This document shows positions 43,201 through 55,186 of a stretch of 64,000 nucleotides of DNA, piece by piece. The notes under the pieces were generated by a model. It was given only the letters and a program-made list of their open reading frames with translations. It was not told the origin of the DNA and ran no database searches. The stretch lies in NCBI GenBank assembly GCA_048213135.1, contig PS015033.1, forward strand, positions 1 to 64,000, written 5' to 3'. This DNA comes from Reclinomonas americana ATCC 50394. Its lineage: Eukaryota. How positions within the stretch are numbered: the first letter of the stretch is position 1; each line of letters starts with the position of its first letter. The translations under genes and the position numbers were made by a program.

Positions 43201-44952
43201 GTGAGCACATGCCCAGCTCTTCAACCTCCTCCTTGATATCCTTCTCCTTCTTCTCTTTTCTTCTTTTTTCCTTCTGGGTCGTCCTCGTCCTCAGTTATCT
43301 TCATCTTCTACATCATCATCATGTTCTCCTGCTTCTCCTCCTCCTCCTTCTCGTCCACAGTCTTCTCCTCCTCCTCCTTCTTCTTCTTTTTCTTCTTCCC
43401 TCTTTGCTCTTTCTTTTTCTTCTTGGTCGTCTTCGTCCTCAGTAATATTCTTGTTCTTCATCATCATTATGTTCTCCTGCTTCTCCTCCTCCTCCTTCTC
43501 GTCCACAATCTTCTCCTCCTCCTCCTCCTTCCTCTTCTTCTTCTTTGCTCTTTCTTTTCCTTCTGGGTCGTCCTCGTCCTCAGTAATATTCTTGTTCTTC
43601 ATCATCATTATGTTCTCCTGCTTCTCCTCCTCCGCCTTCTCGTCCACAGTCTTCTCCTCCTCCTTCTTCTTCTTCTTCTTTGCTCTTTCTTTTTCTTCTG
43701 GGTCGTCTTCGTCCTCAGTAATATTCTTGTTCTTCATCATCATCTTATATTTCTTCTTGCTTCTCTCTCCTTCTCGTCCTTCTCGTCCGCAGTCTTCTCA
43801 TTCGTCTACTTCTTCTTCTGCTTCTTCCCTCTGCTCCGTTTTCATTTTCTTCTTGGTCATCCTCGTCCTCAGTTATCGTCTTCTTCTCCTCCTCCTACTT
43901 CTCCTCCTCCTCCTCCTTCTCCTCCTCGTCCCCAGTCTTCTCCTTCTTCTTCTCGTTATTCTTCTTCTGCTCCTTCCTGTTTCTCTCTCCTTCTCCTCCG
44001 TCTTGTCCTCAGCTTTCTACTTCTACTACTTCTCTTTATTCTCCTTCTCCTCCTTCTTGTCCTCAGTTTTCTACTTCTACTACTTCTCTTCATTCTTCTT
44101 CTCTTCCTTTTCCATCTCTCCACCATCAGCCACTCACCGAGGATTCCGCCGTAAACACCGCTAGTCCATCTTCCGCAATACCGAGCGTCTTTGGTTGACC
44201 GGCGTTCTGTGTCTCGCGGGTGAGCTCCACACACAGCAATGATCTCTCCTTGACACGTCAGACGAACCGTGACGCGATATCTCGTAAAGGCTCCCAGTGG
44301 CGTATTGTGCGCAAGCACCATGTACTCGTGTTGCGCTTCCAGTCTGTCCAGTCCTCGCGCTCGCCGATACGCCGCAAACAGACGCTGCTGCCAGTACTCG
44401 TACGAGTGTGGTGACACCCACGACGGCAAGTACTCTTGCAGACCAATTCGACTGTGTGTGCGCTTGTCAGATATTGGGCACTCAACTATAACAGGAGCAG
44501 CAGCAGTGATTGAGGCGCAACTCAAAAAAGCCCTCCTTGTGCACATTCGGGTTGAAATCTCCAAACGTCGCCTGCAACGCCAGCGCCGCCAACCGCACAG
44601 CAATCTTCTCGCTGCACAAGTAGGCGCCGTTGACGACCATGAACTTGTACTCCTCGAACATGAGTTGCATGCCGATCGGGTCCGAGATCTTCACCGGCAC
44701 CTTGTGCACACGCAGTTTGAAGCACAGCGACGAGTTGTGTGCCACGCCGCACTCGCGGAGCGTCTTGTGGAGTGGGAGCCAGCGGTCTGCGCGTCGTGTG
44801 TTAGATAAAGGGAGAACGGGGAGAATGGGAGAGTGTGGAGAAACGAAACAGAAAGTCTCCGAGCCAGTCCTCTCCGGCAGGCTCAGTGCGTAGAGTTGGC
44901 GAAAGGTGTCGTCGCGAAAGTCGATTTTGTCGCACACGTGGTCGAAGAGGGC
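40291..44952 (-). CDS. FERM domain plus RNI-like leucine-rich repeat protein; 5' exon(s) lie above 44952 and are unresolved
   Basis: FERM-like LFDHVCDKI...YAL, RWL...FKLRV, GAYLCSEKIAVRLAALALQATFGDFNP, GLDRLEAQHEYM; LRRs ITKIDLSKNNLRDSGAKAL, LVWLNVSGNSISDGG, LRKLDLSQNFL, LRVLDLSSC. Confidence 0.85.
43240..43920. repeat. Intronic ~130-bp low-complexity tandem repeat
   Basis: The block cgtcctcagtaatattcttgttcttcatcatc recurs at about 43434, 43575 and 43710, with degenerate flanking copies. Confidence 0.85.
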
Positions 44953-45269
44953 CTGCGGGGGAGGAGAAGGAGAAAGAAGGGGGTAAGAAGGGGAAGGGGA
45001 GAAGGGGGTAAGAAGGGAAGGGAAAGAGAGAGAGGGAGACATAGAAGCAATTGTTGTCGCTGCCTTTCTAACTCTATCGCTCGCTCCATGTGTGTGTGTG
45101 TGTGTGATTGCGGGAGGAGAGTGAGTATGGGTGAGAGTGGGTGGGTGCGTGTGTGAGAGTGAGAGTGAGAGAGTGAGAGAGTGAGAAAGAGAGAGAGAGA
45201 GAGTGAGGGATTGCGTGTGTGTGCGTGCGTGCAACTGCGAAACGATCATGCACGAGATACACAGCCAAC

Positions 45270-45350
<81 letters not shown>

Positions 45351-45370
45351 NNNNNNNNNNNNNNNNNNNN

Positions 45371-46265
45371 ATTGGGAAAGTGTGTGGGACACGGGGATAC
45401 CGGCGCAGACAAGCAAGCAACAGCTGCCAGTCCAACTGTATGTAGAGCATCAACACAAGCACTACACTTGACAGTTGCAGCAGTAGACTTTTCTGTGTGC
45501 GTCTGTGCATCGTTCTCGGAACTTCGAACTCTTGCAAGTCGAGAACTGCATCGCGATTTCTTTTTCACAAAGTGTGCAGTTGGTGTTGAAGGCGATCAGG
45601 CGCTTCATGGGAGTCGATCGGCTGCTCAAGGCACCGTGCAAGTTGCATTCGATGTTGTCGACGTTGCATTGTACAGGTGGTTTTTGCGCACTGTCGACAC
45701 GAGGGTCGCGGAATTTTCTATACACCTTCTCCGCCACCTCCTGCTTCTGGACCCGCACTTTCACTTTCCGCATGATCATCGGCCATCATCGCGGCGCCCG
45801 TGCGCCGAAGCTCGGCCGTGGACATGGCCCGCCCTCCGCCCATGGATGCACGAGTGGGTGTGCTGCTGGAGGAGCCGGAGGAGCCGGAGGAGGAGGGAGG
45901 TGGCGGTGGGGAGAAGGTGGGGGAGGAGAGGCGGTGATTGCATGATGACATGTGATTGGGAAAGTGTGTGGGACGTGGAGATACCGGCACCAAAGACAAG
46001 CAAGCAACAGCTGCTGGTGAAGTCCAACTGTAGCCACAGTATGGCATTAAGCAGTTGTCTTAATAACAGCAGCAGCGGACATTTCTTCGTGCGTCTGTGC
46101 GTCGTTCTCGGAACTTCGAACAATTGCAAGTCGAGAACTGCAGTGCTGCAGCGTGGTTTCTTTTACGCAAAGTATGCAGTTGGTGTTGAAGGCGATCAGG
46201 CACTTCATGGAAGCCGATCGGCTGTTCAAGGCACTGTGCGAGTTGCATTCGATATTGTCGACGTC
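45371..46265. repeat. Two diverged direct copies of a ~300-bp element (about 45371-45665 and 45955-46265)
   Basis: Shared blocks attgggaaagtgtgtgggac, agacaagcaagcaacagctg, gcagttggtgttgaaggcgatcagg and agttgcattcgat.ttgtcgacgt. Confidence 0.85.
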
Positions 46266-46414
46266 GACGTCGCGCTGTGGTTGCACTTGCTGCGACTCGA
46301 GCTCGTCGCGGACCACAGCGGCGACGACAACAGTGACACAGCTGCATCATATCAGCACTTGTGCAAGCTTTCCGAAGTCGGACGCGACCTTCGGACTGAA
46401 AACTCCGAGTTACC

Positions 46415-49400
46415 ATGGCTTCGCGCGCTGGATTCCTCGGTCTCTCGCCGCAGCTCTGTTGCGTGTCTCTCGCTTGAAGTGCCAAGTCAGTCTCTGTCTC
46501 ACAGTGACGCACGCATGTGCACGCAGGGCTGCTGTACATCAACATCGCGTTGTACGCGATTGCCTTTCAGTTTCGCGCTCACTCTCTCTCTCTCTCTCTT
46601 CCTCCTCCTCCTTCTTGCTCTTCCTGTTGTTGTTGTTCTCTCTCTCTTCTTCTCCTCTTCGTTCTCCTGTGTCTCCTTGTCTTCATCTTCTTCATCTTCT
46701 TCTTCTTCTGATACTCTTTCATTTACTCACTCCTCTCCTCTCCTCCTCCCTCTTTCTCCCTCTCTCTTTCTCCCTCTCTCTTCTTCTTCTCCCCCTCCTC
46801 TCTCTCTCTCTCTCTCATATTCCTCGTTCGCAGGATGCAAATGCCTCTCTTACCGCACTTGTCCAAGCAACTCGGCGCCGACACCAGCGACTATGCGTAC
46901 ATGCAAACCGCCTTTGCGGTGGTGCAGTCTGTGGGTGGAGTGCTGGCGGGACCGCTGATGGATCGCTTTGGGCCGAAGATTGTCGTTGAGTGGCGAGAGG
47001 GAAGGAGGGAGGGAGGGAGAGAAGGCGACTTGACAATGAGAGCTCCATGCCCTCTTCGGCATGTTTCCTGCTGCCGATTGGTACAGTGGAGCATGCTTGG
47101 GGTTGTCTTCGCCCTTTCTGTTCGAGGCACCTCTCTGCAGTGAGAAAGACTCTCAAGACGAGAGTCTGAACGTCTGTCTTGGTTGTCTCAGTCTCCACTG
47201 TTCAAGGCACCTCTCTGCAGTGAGAGAGAAACTCGATCTGGTCCTGCTACCTGCACCACTGTGACCAACAACTCGAGAGTGCCTTTGTTGTCTTTAGTCT
47301 CCGCAATGAGAAAGACCAGAGTCTGGCACGTCTTTCTTGGTTGTCTCCACTCTCCGATGAGCTCTTTCTGTCTGTGTCGCCTCTCTGCAGTGAGAGAGAA
47401 ACTCGATCTGCTCCTGCTTCCTGCGCCACTGTGGCCAACAAGCCGAGAGTGCCTTTGTTGTCTCGAGTCTCTTTAGATGTGCATTTTCTGTCGAGGCATG
47501 TGAAAGACCTTCAAGACTGGAGTTTGGCACGTCTTTCTTGGTTGTCTCCACTTTCCAACGTGCTCTTCTGTTCGTGTAACTTCTCTGCTGTGAGAGAGAA
47601 CCTGTCATGTGGACTCCAGTGCCTTCGATATGAAGTCAGTTCTGCATGCACTCAACCACTGAGGGAACATCTCTCTTTGTCGTGAGCACGTGCAGACCAT
47701 CCTGTGCCACCAGCCAATCACATTGTTTCCTTTGCGTGCTGCCAGAGCACTACTTTCTAATCATCCCTCTCGCAGCTCCTGATGTCTTTCGGCTCAAGCG
47801 CCCTGTGCTACATGCTCACGGCCATGGCATCGTCAATGGTTCAGTCAACCCGCTCTCTCTTCCCCGTCGTCAATTTATTTCGCTGACAACCCTCTTCCCC
47901 TTCCGTCTTCCGTCCTCCTGCCTTCCGTCTTCCCCCTTCCCCTTCCCCCACTCTGTCTTCCCCCCTTTCCGTCTTCCCCCCTTTCCGTCTTGCCCCCTTC
48001 CGTCTTAACCCCGTCCTCTTCTCCCTCCCCTTTGCCCTCTTCCGTCCTCCTCCCTTCCGTCCTCCTCCCTTCCCCCTCCCCCTTCTCTTCCCACCTTTAC
48101 CCCTTCCCCTTTTTCTCCCCCCTTTCCCTCCCCAGACCTGGCTGGTCCTCTCGCGCCTGCCAACACTCTTCCAGCACAGCTTCCTGGCCGGCAACGCACT
48201 GGTCACACTGCTCTCCGACGACAAGAACCGTGCCAGGCTGCTCGGCTACGTCGGTCTCGCCTACGGTATGCACCAACCGTCTCACTCCTCCCCTCCGTAT
48301 TCTCATCGCCGTCTCTCCACGCACAGGTGTCGGCTTTGCTGTCGGTGTGTCTTTCACATGCGTCCCTCTTTGTGCAACTCGAAGCCTCACCACCCCCTTC
48401 TCATCACCAGGTCCGGCGATTGGCGGTATTCTGAGTGACATTTCGCTGCAGTTTGCGGCCTGGGTTTCGTCGGTGCTCTCCCTCGTGTCCATGGTGTGGA
48501 TGACCGTGTCCATGGTCAACCCGGTGCCGGTGGCGCTCGCCACCCCCGGCAGCTCCTCATCGTTGCGCCCTTGGTCTTCAATGTCTACCGCACGCAGATT
48601 CTACATTGCTTACTCTCTCGCGCTTGCAGACAAGAGATGCAGCCACTCACGGCGGGCGAGACCGATCAGGAAGTCGACGATGTCGCCAACGACCCGCCCA
48701 AGGCTTCCGCCACGAGCACTGGCGGTCGCCTCTCCGACATTCTGCGAGTGATGCGAACTGGCAATGTGCCGTCGCTACTCATCATCAAGATTGTCGTCGG
48801 GTACGTCTGTTATTGTGTCTCCCTTCTGCACTGCTTGCCTAACTTACCGACCGTGCAGGTTTGCCACGGCACTCTTCCACTCCATTATGTCCATGGTGCT
48901 GGCTGTCGAGCCCTTCTCGCTCGGACCTCGTGAAACCGGTGCGTTGCGGACGTTGACGAGAGGCGTGTGCTGTCTTTGCTGACAATGTTTTGCAGGTTAC
49001 TTGATGTCGTATGTGGGAGTGTTGGCTGGTAAGCTCTTCTTGTGTTCTCATTTCCCCTCTTCTTAACGGTTGTTGCATCGATGCATGATCCGTCGCCTTC
49101 TTTTTGTTCTTCTTCAATTTTTCTGTGATTACCACTCACTGAAGCTCGTTGGGTGGTCAGCGGTGACACAGGGACTGGTGATTGGCTGGGCGACACGCCG
49201 ATTCTCATTCAACAACATTGTCCGCGTGTGCATCTTGGCACTGGCTGGCGCATGTTGCGTCTCATGTCTCGCGAGAGTTGAGACGAGATTATCGACGACT
49301 CATTCGCGGGATTGTGTGTAGACTTTGGACTCATCTACGCCACTAACGTGTGGTTCCTCGTCCTCGATATTATTCCCATGGTCATTGCCGGTTCGCTGTT

Positions 49401-49830
49401 GGCCAACGCCATCACAACACTGGTACGTGAAAGAGAGAGAGAGAGGGATGCGAAGCGGTCACTTCGCTCATTGTGCTCCTGCAGATGACCCTGAATGTTC
49501 CCAAGTCCAACGCTGGCACCGTGTCGGGCGTCGATATGGGGTCTCTATTGTCTCTCTTCGCCCCAACTTTAATCACATCTGACTCACCTTCTCTCGTCTC
49601 GCAGCATTTCGTCGGGCGTGCGCGTGTTCTCCCCAGCCGCCGGTGGCCTCATCCTCAGATACTTTGGCTTCTCGTACGTCGGCGGCATTTGCTCCATGCT
49701 CTCCCTCGCCACTTTCGCTCTGCTACAAGGTACGGATGATGCCAGCTCCTCTGCCTTCCTCGCCATCTCCTCACACACTGGTACAGGTGGCGTGCTCAAG
49801 GTGGAGGCCACCGTCACGAAATCCGAATGA
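46415..49830 (+). CDS. MFS transporter (SLC22A18/TetA-like), multi-exon
   Basis: MASRAGFLGLLYINIALYAIAFQMQMPLLP; motif A-like GPLMDRFGPK; RARLLGYVGLAYGVGFAVGPAIGG; ARVFSPAAGGLIL. Confidence 0.88.
47125..47600. repeat. Degenerate tandem repeats within the long MFS intron
   Basis: cctctctgcagtgaga at about 47130, 47210 and 47379; ttggttgtctc at about 47179, 47337 and 47539. Confidence 0.75.
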
Positions 49831-49908
49831 TAGATACGCACACACGCGCAGAAACGAGTCCGACGAACAGCAGCGGCTCATTACATGGATTCTTGTTCTC
49901 TTTTTTTG

Positions 49909-51382
49909 TTAAAAAAGCTTGAGCTTTCCTGTTACTGCGTCGATACGGCTCTTGTAGTCTGCGGAGGGATGATATGTCAAGGCAGAAAGCGAGGTGTGAA
50001 GATAGGGCGAGGAAAAGAGACGAACCAGGCCCGAATGCCACACTGCATGCACAGAATGATGAGTCTCTCGTGTGCATACTGATAAAACATAAGCAAACAC
50101 AACGCACCACGTCAACGATCCCGATTCAACCTGCGACAATGGGAAAGAATGGGTGAGCTGTTGTATATTTCGAAGGGAGCACGGTGTCGGCATCTCACCT
50201 GCGTACGACCGGCATCGAAAATGGGGCACGCACTCACTCCAGACCGCTCAGCGGCACTGAACAGCGCCATTCTGGTTTGCCGCAACGCATGAGACTCTGA
50301 CGAGGATCGAGAAAAGGAAAGAACCGACATGAAACACGCAACAGTGTGCCCGCATTCCTCGTCCGCAACACGATGATTGGCTCGCCATTGACCTCCCAGT
50401 GCGACCGCAACAGTGCATTCGCTGCCTTGGCGCCACCCAACGCCGCATGACAGCACTGCGACGAAATCTTGCCCGTCGACTGCGTGCACAAAGAATGAGC
50501 ACAGCACGACATAACATGCAAGCACAGGTCGACGCTCACCATTTTCAAGTCTTCGCGCACAACGATAATCATCCGCACCTCGCCAGAACGCGGATCGTCG
50601 CCCTCACCCGCAGCCGGCGGCGGTGGTGGCGCCGCACCAGCCATCATCGACAACAACTGCGCGGTCAACGAGTCGAATCCTACTGCCCCGAATGGACAAG
50701 TCTGAGACAGAAGAAGAGAACAAACAAAGAAAGTATGAAAGGAAGTGAAAGAAAAGGAGAGAGAACGAAAGAGAGATAGAGAAAGAGAGAAAAAGAAGAG
50801 AGAAGGGCAGAGACAGATAGACAGACAGACAGAGAGAGAGAGAGAAGGGCAGAGAGAGAGAGAGAGCGAGAGAGAAAGATAGAAAGACATGGAGGCAAGA
50901 AGATGCCGCGAACCTCCAGGCGCCATGGATCCAGAAGCCGACGAGCCACCTGGTGGAGCTGGAGGAGGCCCAGAAGAGGCCTCGCCGGCAGGGGAAGCAT
51001 GCTGCAACAAGTGACAAGCTCAGACAACTCGGGAAGGCCTCATTTGGTCATTCAGTCACTATCCGTTCTCAGTCTCTCTCCCTCAGCCCACTGTGCATGC
51101 TCCCATTGGTTTCTCTTCTCCCTTCATCTCTCAGACTCTTCCCTTGATCTCTGCTCCTCAGTCTCCCTTCGCCTCTCATTGCTGTGCTTCTACACTCTCT
51201 CTGTGCCTCTGTTGCTTTCTCTCTCTCTTCTCATTCTCTCAATGCCTGTCCCCTTTGCACCTTCTCTCCCTTCTCTCTCCCTCTCTCTCCCTCTCTCATT
51301 CCCCACCTGCATGAACTGCTCCTCATCCTCATCCACCAGATCCTCCGCCAACGCCACCGCTGTTTGCATGCATGCAAGAGTG

Positions 51383-51464
<82 letters not shown>

Positions 51465-51679
51465 GTACGTACACGTACCGTACGTACCGTACGTACGTAC
51501 CGTACGTCCGTACCGTACCGTACCGTACCGTACCGTACCGTACCGTACCGTACCGTACCGTACCGTANNNNNNNNNNNNNNNNNNNNCCGTACCGTACCG
51601 TACCGTACCGTACGTACGTACGTACGTACGTACGTACGTACGTACGTACGTACGTACGTACGACGACGACGACGACGAG

Positions 51680-51755
<76 letters not shown>

Positions 51756-51958
51756 ATCACTATCGCACCTTCCTCCACTGTGCTGGCCACAGTCGCCAAC
51801 GCCTCAGACTTGGTTTGCGAAAAGCCCAACGCGATCAGCTCATTGTAAACCTCCACGCTCCTGTGTTATAACAATGAGACACAAGAGAGAGTGAGACTCT
51901 GCCTCTCTCACACACACACTGACCCACAGAATGTCGACGAAGGCGGTGCTGATGCCAT
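49909..51958 (-). CDS. PTH2: Peptidyl-tRNA hydrolase 2 family protein with an N-terminal UBA-like segment
   Basis: VRMIIVVREDLKMSTGKISSQCCHAALG, WEVNGEPIIVL, IFDAGRTQVESGSLT, FGP, IDAVTGKLKLF*; N-terminal ELIALGFS...EAL. Confidence 0.9.
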
Positions 51959-51983
51959 GCTTTCTCTCTCAATCTTTCTTTTA

Positions 51984-53061
51984 TCAATCAGATGACAGTG
52001 ACTCATCACTGCTCGGAGGTGACACTGGTCGCGTCTTGTTGCCCGATCGCGTCTTTGGTGGACTGCCACTGGCCATCGGCTTCTCCTTCTTCTTACTCGT
52101 CGTCTTCGTCTTCGCCTTTGTCGGTTTCTTCTTCGTCTTCTTCGTTGATGGTGGAGTTGTCTTGCGACGCTTGCGAGGTGGCGAGGCAGCGGCTGTTGTT
52201 GTCTCGGAGAAGACGGCGAAGCCTGATCCTTCAGAGTCCGAGTCGATGAGGTCTCTGGTCGACGTCGGTCGCTTCTGCTTCTTCTTCTTCTTCTTCGTTG
52301 CTGCTGCGTCTTCCTCCTCCTCCTCATCGTCGTCGTCCTCGTCGTCTGAGCCCAGCATGCCCTTGGCGCGTTGCTGCTCGAACCACTGCTGGTACTCCAT
52401 CTCCACTTGCTCTGCAAGAGACTACAGGTCAGCAGGGAGTGGAAGACACAAGAGAGATGATGCCGTAACTGTTGCGTGCCGGCTGCTGCGCCGTGTCATC
52501 GTCCTCGTCACCACCGTCACTCTCGTCCTCGTCCTCGTCCTCGAATGTGTAATCAAAGTCGTACACTCGCTCACGCGCCTGCCGGCGAAGACGCTCGTCC
52601 ACGTTCTCCTCCTCTCCTTCTTCCTCCTCATCCGCAAAGTCGGACATGCTGCGTGTCGATGGAAACGCAGAGAGTGACGAGGTTGAGCCGTTGCGTTTTC
52701 GAGGAGGGCGAGGCGCGCGTGATGGGGCGCTGCTGCTGCCACGAGGGCGCGCACTGGAGCGCTGTGGGAAAGGTAAACAGAAATGGTCAGCAAAGGAGAG
52801 AGGGAAGGAGGGGAATAGGGAAAGGGCGAGCAAATGGGAGAGAGATGGGGGAGAGCAAGAGGGGGAGAGCGGGAGACCGAGAGTGAGAAGGTGGAGAGCG
52901 AGAGGGGAGAGCGAGAGGGGAGAGCGAGAGGGGAGAGCGAGAGGGGAGAGCGAGAGGGAGAGCGAGAGGGAGNNNNNNNNNNNNNNNNNNNNGTGGGGAG
53001 AGCGAGTGGGGAGAGCGAGTGGGGAGAGCGAGTGGGGGAGAGCGAGAGAGCGGGAGAGAGC

Positions 53062-53093
<32 letters not shown>

Positions 53094-54905
53094 GAGAGAA
53101 GAGCAAGAGAGAGCCATGAACTGCATGTCGCACCGTGTTCTTCTTCAGCAGTCGGAAGAATGCACCCGCTCGCAGTCGACACAGCGTCGACTTATTCTCG
53201 GTGTGGCTGTACTCCAAGCGTGAACGACGGAACTCCTGCAGCAGTGTTGAGTGCACTCTCTCGCGCACGCAAAGCCCAGCGCAACACACCTTGCCCTCGG
53301 CTTGCAATACATCCGAAATCGCCTTGGAAAACACCGTGCCCGTGTCACCCAGGTCAGCCGCGGCACGCTGGCCCACCGTCTCCACCGCTGTGCGAGCAAG
53401 GAGATTTCAGTTCAAGCACCAATTTCACACTCAATCATGCTGACGATGACGCAACGCTGCGCCGCCAAGTGCCTCTTGGCCAACTCGTACGCCTCCGACG
53501 CATTCAACACCTGGCGCGGATCGAACAGGTCGCCACCGCACAACGCCTCCGAACCACGCAGTCGCGCACCGTCGCCCAGCAAGCAACCAATGGGCACCAG
53601 TGGATTCCGTTCGCTGATCACGGTGCGCGCGGCGAGCAGTGCATCGACCACCGACTCGGACGGCTGCTCGAACACGGGAGTCGTCGCGCCGAGAAGGACT
53701 CGTGGTGTCTCCTGTGGGTGTGACCAGAGAAGAGTCTGAGAGAGTGCGACATAGAGAACAAGGAGAAGGCGATGACAGGGAGAAGTGATCAAGTGAAGAG
53801 GCTGAATCCGATCCCACCTCGTACACGTACCTCCAATCCACCAAACGTGCGTACGCGGACCGCGGCCTCGTATTCCGGTGAAATGGTGCTGGATGGAGGC
53901 AATTGCGGTGGCGGTGGTGGTGGAGGAGGAGCCTCGACTGCTGCCGCCGCTGCTGCAGCCGCCGCCGCCACCGCCTGCCCCGCGTTCCGCTTCTCCTTCA
54001 TACGCCGCCACTGCTCCAGTTGCGCCTCGTTCAGCAGCTGCTCGGCCGCCGGCTCCGGCAACTCCCGGCCCTTCTCCAAACACACTTGCACGAGCGGATG
54101 CGGTGGCATGCGCTGCGGTTCCGCCTGCACGAATCGCTCACCGCGTCGCTCCAGCTCCCTCACGAATACCTTGGATCGCGGATCACACAGTGCGCGCCAC
54201 ACGCGCAGCGCGTCCAGCATGCGTCGCTGCATGAGCACCCGTCCCAATCGCTGCAGCTCCTGACTCAGCTCCACCGACACTGGAATGCGCAGTGGCGGCA
54301 CCGACTGCTGCCCGACAAAGAACGCATAGAGGGCGTACAGAGCGCCGACTTTGACGCGCAGGTCGGCACTGATGCTCAGAAAGGCGGTGCATGTGTTGAA
54401 CAGCTCGAACACGAATTGTCGGTCGTCCACGTTGTCGAGGGAGCTCACGTAGGGCATGAGGATGCCCATGTGGTGCTCACGCCACAGTCGTTTGAAGGTG
54501 GTGAAGGAGCAGTCGCCCTCCTGAGAAAAGGGAGAGGGGAGGAAGGGGGAAGGAAGGAGAAGGGTGAGGAGAAGGGGAAGGAGAAGGGGTGTGGAGAAGG
54601 GGGTGAGGAGGGGAAGGAGAAGGGTGAGGAGAAGGGGGAGAAGGGGAAGGGGGGAGAGGAAGGGGGAAGAGAAAGGGGAAGAGAAAGGGGGAAGAGAAGG
54701 GTAAAGAGAAGAGGGAAGAGTGGGGAAGAGAAGGGAAGGAGAAGGGGAAAGAGAAGGGGGAAGGAGAAGGGGGAAGACAAGGGGGAAGGAGAAGGGAGAA
54801 GAGGAAGGGGAAGAGAAGGGGGAAGAGGAAGGGGAAGAGGAAGAAGAAGAACATGGAAAAATGAGAGCAAATGAGTGATGAGAATGCAGAGTTGTCAGAT
54901 GCAAT

Positions 54906-54958
<53 letters not shown>

Positions 54959-55110
54959 TTGTGTGTGAGTGAGAGAGAGAGAGAGCNNNNNNNNNNNNNN
55001 NNNNNNGAGACCTGTTCAAACTTGAGCAACAACGTGCGAATATCCTTGACATGCGCCGGCACTCTTGCATCGTTAAAGTACGCGCGGAAGTTGATGCGCT
55101 CATCGCTCAT
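51984..55110 (-). CDS. SNAPC1: snRNA-activating protein complex subunit 1 (SNAP43)-like, with long acidic/basic C-terminal region
   Basis: DIRTLLLKFEQ...SFTTFKRLWRE...RVKVGALYALYAFFVGQ...RIPVS matches the SNAPC1 N-terminal domain pattern; downstream exons splice through to ...SLSSD* at 51984. Confidence 0.75.
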
Positions 55111-55186
55111 TCCACCACACAAGACAAACAAAGAAGAGTTTTACATAAATTGTACACTTATGTTACAAAATGCACAAACAGAGGTG

